Part shown: piece by piece, positions 61,354-64,000 of the stretch
How positions within the stretch are numbered: position 1 is the first letter of the stretch
How the letters are laid out: every line of letters starts with the position of its first letter
From: an uncultured Clostridia bacterium
GTDB lineage: Bacteria > Bacillota > Clostridia > Oscillospirales > CAG-272
Length of the DNA: 64,000 bases
Assembly (NCBI GenBank): GCA_947626065.1
Contig: CANQQT010000002.1
Location: forward strand, 76,197-140,196
Reading direction: 5' to 3'
Notes under the pieces: generated by a model
Told to the model about the DNA's origin: nothing
The model's input: the letters and a program-made list of their open reading frames with translations, nothing else
Databases searched by the model: none
Made by a program: the position numbers and the translations under genes

Positions 61354-63933
61354 ATGATGATCACACAAAAATCGGGCTGGCTGAAACGTAGCCTGTCCGT
61401 ACTACTGGCGCTTGTTATGTGCATGAGCATGATCAGCGTCACGGCATTTGCAGAGGAGGAAACGAATGAAACACCGCTCCCCAAAGGGTATTTCCGCATT
61501 ACAAAAATGGATGCGCCGGTGGAAGATGGCGTTTATTATGCAAAAGTAAATCTGATGCACGCAACGGATGAAAAATACTCTATGGGAAACGCGGCGTTAC
61601 GCGGCAGCGACAGCTATCTGACAAATAATCCCGGCGACACCGATTATTGCGCTATGGTCGTCGTGAAGGACGGAAAAGCCACCGCGCTTTTGGAGTTCAT
61701 GCCCATGGGATATTTGTCGTTTTACGGCTTTATGATGGAGCTGGAGGCGGTCGACGCCTCGGCACTTTCACGATGGGGCGCAGTTGATGACAAATACGCC
61801 ACTTACACGCCAGCTATGGTACTTGCCAAACATTTGACCGTGGACGGAGAACCCGTTTATGACAGCTTTAACGATCCGGACTCGGAGTATGTATTCGACG
61901 GCACCGATCCCGACAAGCATAAGCGTCCCGCCGGATTCGGCCACAGCGAAGATCGTCTGGTAAATATCGCAAATCAGCCGTATTCTCACATTTTTGCGTT
62001 GGATGTTACACCGGTTTTTATCGACTTTAATGGCGATGGAAGCGACAAACCCACAAAGCCCGAAGAATTTACACAGGATAATGCGGCGTATGTCCATGTT
62101 TTTGTCCCGGTCATGTTCTCCATATCGCCCTCATCCGGCGACCAGAACGCACGAGCGCAGGTGGATTGGACGAGTCTTGAAAAAATCGAGAACCCGGAGG
62201 AAAATCTGCAATATCGACTTTACACCGCCATGCAGATCAAACAGTCCGACGGAAATTATACAAAAGCGTCTTATGATGCGTTGCAAACGGCGATTACTAA
62301 CGTACAGACAGCGCTATCCAATATTTGGCCGCAGCAGCAGTTGGAAGTAACTCCCGGATTCCCGCCGCAGCCCAAGCTGAATTATAGCATTCCGGAGACG
62401 GCTCCGCTGTTGGAAGAATTGAATGCGGCTATCGATGGACTTGAAAGGCTCGGCAATAAAGAGGCGCTCGAAGCACGGATCGCCGAAGCAAAAGAGGTTG
62501 ATGAATCCCTTTACACCGCTGAAAGCTATGCGAATTTCAAAGGAAAGCTGGATGCCGCCATTGCTGTGCAGCAAGACCTCGATGCAGGAGAGGCAAAAAT
62601 TGCGCAGGCAGAAAGCGACTTAAAAAGTGTTATGGATGCGCTGGAGTATAAACCGGCCGATTACAGCAAGGTGGATGAGGCACTGGCAACCGTACCGGAG
62701 AATCTGTCGGTCTACACCAACGAAACAGCACAAGCGGTCAGGGATGCCGTTGCCGCAGTGGTGCGAGGAAAGAACATTACGGAACAAGATTCTGTTGACG
62801 GGATGGCGCAGGCCATTCGTGACGCCGTAAGCAAGCTTAAAAAGAAACCGTCCGGCGTACTCGATAAAACGAATCTGGAGGACGGCGTCTATTCTGTGTA
62901 CGGCGAGATGATCAAGGTCAACCGGCAGGAAAAATCCATGAGCAACGACGCCATTCATCATACGATCAAGCTGACCGTGAAAGACGGAAAATATACCCTT
63001 ACAATGCAGTTCCATGGAATTTCGTATTTGAACCGGTTTGGGTATCTGGCAAAGCTGTCTTACTATGAAGATGGATATATCTACGGAACCTATGGTAAAA
63101 TCGAAGGTTCCTGTACTGCTGCAACCGTTCTTTCTACCCAGAAAAACGCCGACGGCAGCGATGTGATTGACGAGTTCAACCGCGCAGGCGGTTCCTCGCA
63201 AGGCGTTCTCTATCCCGACGAACTGGAGTTTCCGCTGGTCAGTCAGGCCCTCGCCGATTCCGACGGCTATATACCGCTACACGTGTTTGTCCCAGTTATG
63301 GAGGATATTTCTGAGGGTACCGGCGATCAGGATGTATTGTTAAAATTGGATTGGAGCACATTAGCGAAAACAACCGATGACGATCCTGTTTTCACGCCTG
63401 AAAAACCTGCGGAGCAGTCGCCCGCCGTAGACTTTACCGACAGTACCACCGGCGTGAAGGTTCACGCAGACAAAGGCGTACTGCCGGAAGGCACAAAGGT
63501 TGTTGTGACTGCCGTGAAAAACGGTACGGCCTATGACAATGCGGAAAAGGCGCTTTCCGAAATCGGCGGAAAATTTGCTCTATATGATGTGAAATTTGTA
63601 GATGCGGATGGGAATGAAGTCACTCCTAACGGTACGTTCACTGTGTACTATCCCATCGCCTCCGATACAGATTCCTCCAAGCTGGAAGTTTACCGAATCA
63701 ATGCGGATGGCACAAGAATAAAGGTAAATGGCAGCGTAGAGCCCGGCTATTACAAAATCACCGCTCGTACTGCCGCAAACACAGCGTTGGTAGAGGTCGG
63801 CAGCACAATGCAGTCCCCGCAGACCGGTGACAATAGTCATCTTGCCGTATGGATGCTGTTAATGCTCGCTTCCGGCGCCGCGCTGATCGTTCTGACGCTT
63901 GGCCGGAAACGCAGAAGCTATATGGGAGAATAA
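61354..63933 (+). CDS. sortase-anchored surface protein with two NEAT-like domains
   Basis: Signal peptide (LSVLLALVMCMSMISVTAFA). NEAT-like segments EKYSMGNAAL...VVVKDGKATALLEF and EKSMSNDAIHHTIKLTVKDGKYTLTMQF. C-terminal SPQTG, a hydrophobic helix and RKRRS (sorting signal). Confidence 0.75.
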   Translation: MMITQKSGWLKRSLSVLLALVMCMSMISVTAFAEEETNETPLPKGYFRITKMDAPVEDGVYYAKVNLMHATDEKYSMGNAALRGSDSYLTNNPGDTDYCAMVVVKDGKATALLEFMPMGYLSFYGFMMELEAVDASALSRWGAVDDKYATYTPAMVLAKHLTVDGEPVYDSFNDPDSEYVFDGTDPDKHKRPAGFGHSEDRLVNIANQPYSHIFALDVTPVFIDFNGDGSDKPTKPEEFTQDNAAYVHVFVPVMFSISPSSGDQNARAQVDWTSLEKIENPEENLQYRLYTAMQIKQSDGNYTKASYDALQTAITNVQTALSNIWPQQQLEVTPGFPPQPKLNYSIPETAPLLEELNAAIDGLERLGNKEALEARIAEAKEVDESLYTAESYANFKGKLDAAIAVQQDLDAGEAKIAQAESDLKSVMDALEYKPADYSKVDEALATVPENLSVYTNETAQAVRDAVAAVVRGKNITEQDSVDGMAQAIRDAVSKLKKKPSGVLDKTNLEDGVYSVYGEMIKVNRQEKSMSNDAIHHTIKLTVKDGKYTLTMQFHGISYLNRFGYLAKLSYYEDGYIYGTYGKIEGSCTAATVLSTQKNADGSDVIDEFNRAGGSSQGVLYPDELEFPLVSQALADSDGYIPLHVFVPVMEDISEGTGDQDVLLKLDWSTLAKTTDDDPVFTPEKPAEQSPAVDFTDSTTGVKVHADKGVLPEGTKVVVTAVKNGTAYDNAEKALSEIGGKFALYDVKFVDADGNEVTPNGTFTVYYPIASDTDSSKLEVYRINADGTRIKVNGSVEPGYYKITARTAANTALVEVGSTMQSPQTGDNSHLAVWMLLMLASGAALIVLTLGRKRRSYMGE

Positions 63934-63935
63934 CG

Positions 63936-64000
63936 ATGATGAAACATACCGCAAAGAAACTCATTCATGCGCTGTGCGGTATGGCGGCGATGCTCGTCCT
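63936..64000 (+). CDS. start of a secreted/membrane protein (continues beyond window)
   Basis: ATG 63936 lies 2 nt after the previous stop and is preceded by GGGAGAA. It encodes MMKHTAKKLIHALCGMAAMLV (signal-like). Confidence 0.5.
   Translation, partial: MMKHTAKKLIHALCGMAAMLV

Overview
All calls come from reading the sequence and the supplied ORF track. No database search or composition calculation was run, so family names are motif-based recollections. The window looks like a high-GC Firmicutes/Clostridia-like chromosome: GGAGG-type ribosome-binding sites, an SPxTG sortase signal, and an rpmH-rnpA-yidD-yidC-jag cluster. 1-19 kb holds housekeeping and accessory genes: a carB fragment, pyrC with a PyrR-type attenuator, a LacI-controlled sugar operon, the membrane-insertase cluster, and small redox, kinase and HTH genes. 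19.3-52.4 kb reads as a ~33-kb composite conflict/defence island with three modules. (i) Plus strand: two Zn-ribbon-TIR transmembrane paralogs flanking an HTH regulator, a Zn-ribbon-SPFH protein and a membrane protein. (ii) Minus strand: YbjN x2, vWA, HAD, a GK-like/TIR/TIR protein, ADP-ribosylglycohydrolase, a soluble Clp/FtsH-type AAA-AAA-M41 protease, a TM-Rossmann-RyR protein and a small RyR protein. (iii) A visibly AT-richer ~12.5-kb insert: kinase, three tandem TerY-type vWA genes, PP2C, kinase and a 1599-aa DUF4011/SF1 helicase-nuclease. This insert also carries a GC-rich structured element and traces of recent paralog recombination. 52.5-64 kb holds an MBL hydrolase, a PD-(D/E)xK protein, a DUF2961/GH172 protein, a second AT-rich patch, and a putative iron/heme regulon. 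That regulon comprises DUF3793, flavodoxin, a DtxR-like regulator and a NEAT-like sortase-anchored protein, and is marked by repeated palindromic operators. Three unrelated 14-16-bp tandem-repeat arrays lie in intergenic regions, and a related 15-bp repeat lies in-frame inside the SPFH gene. I recognised no rRNA, tRNA, CRISPR array, transposase or integrase.
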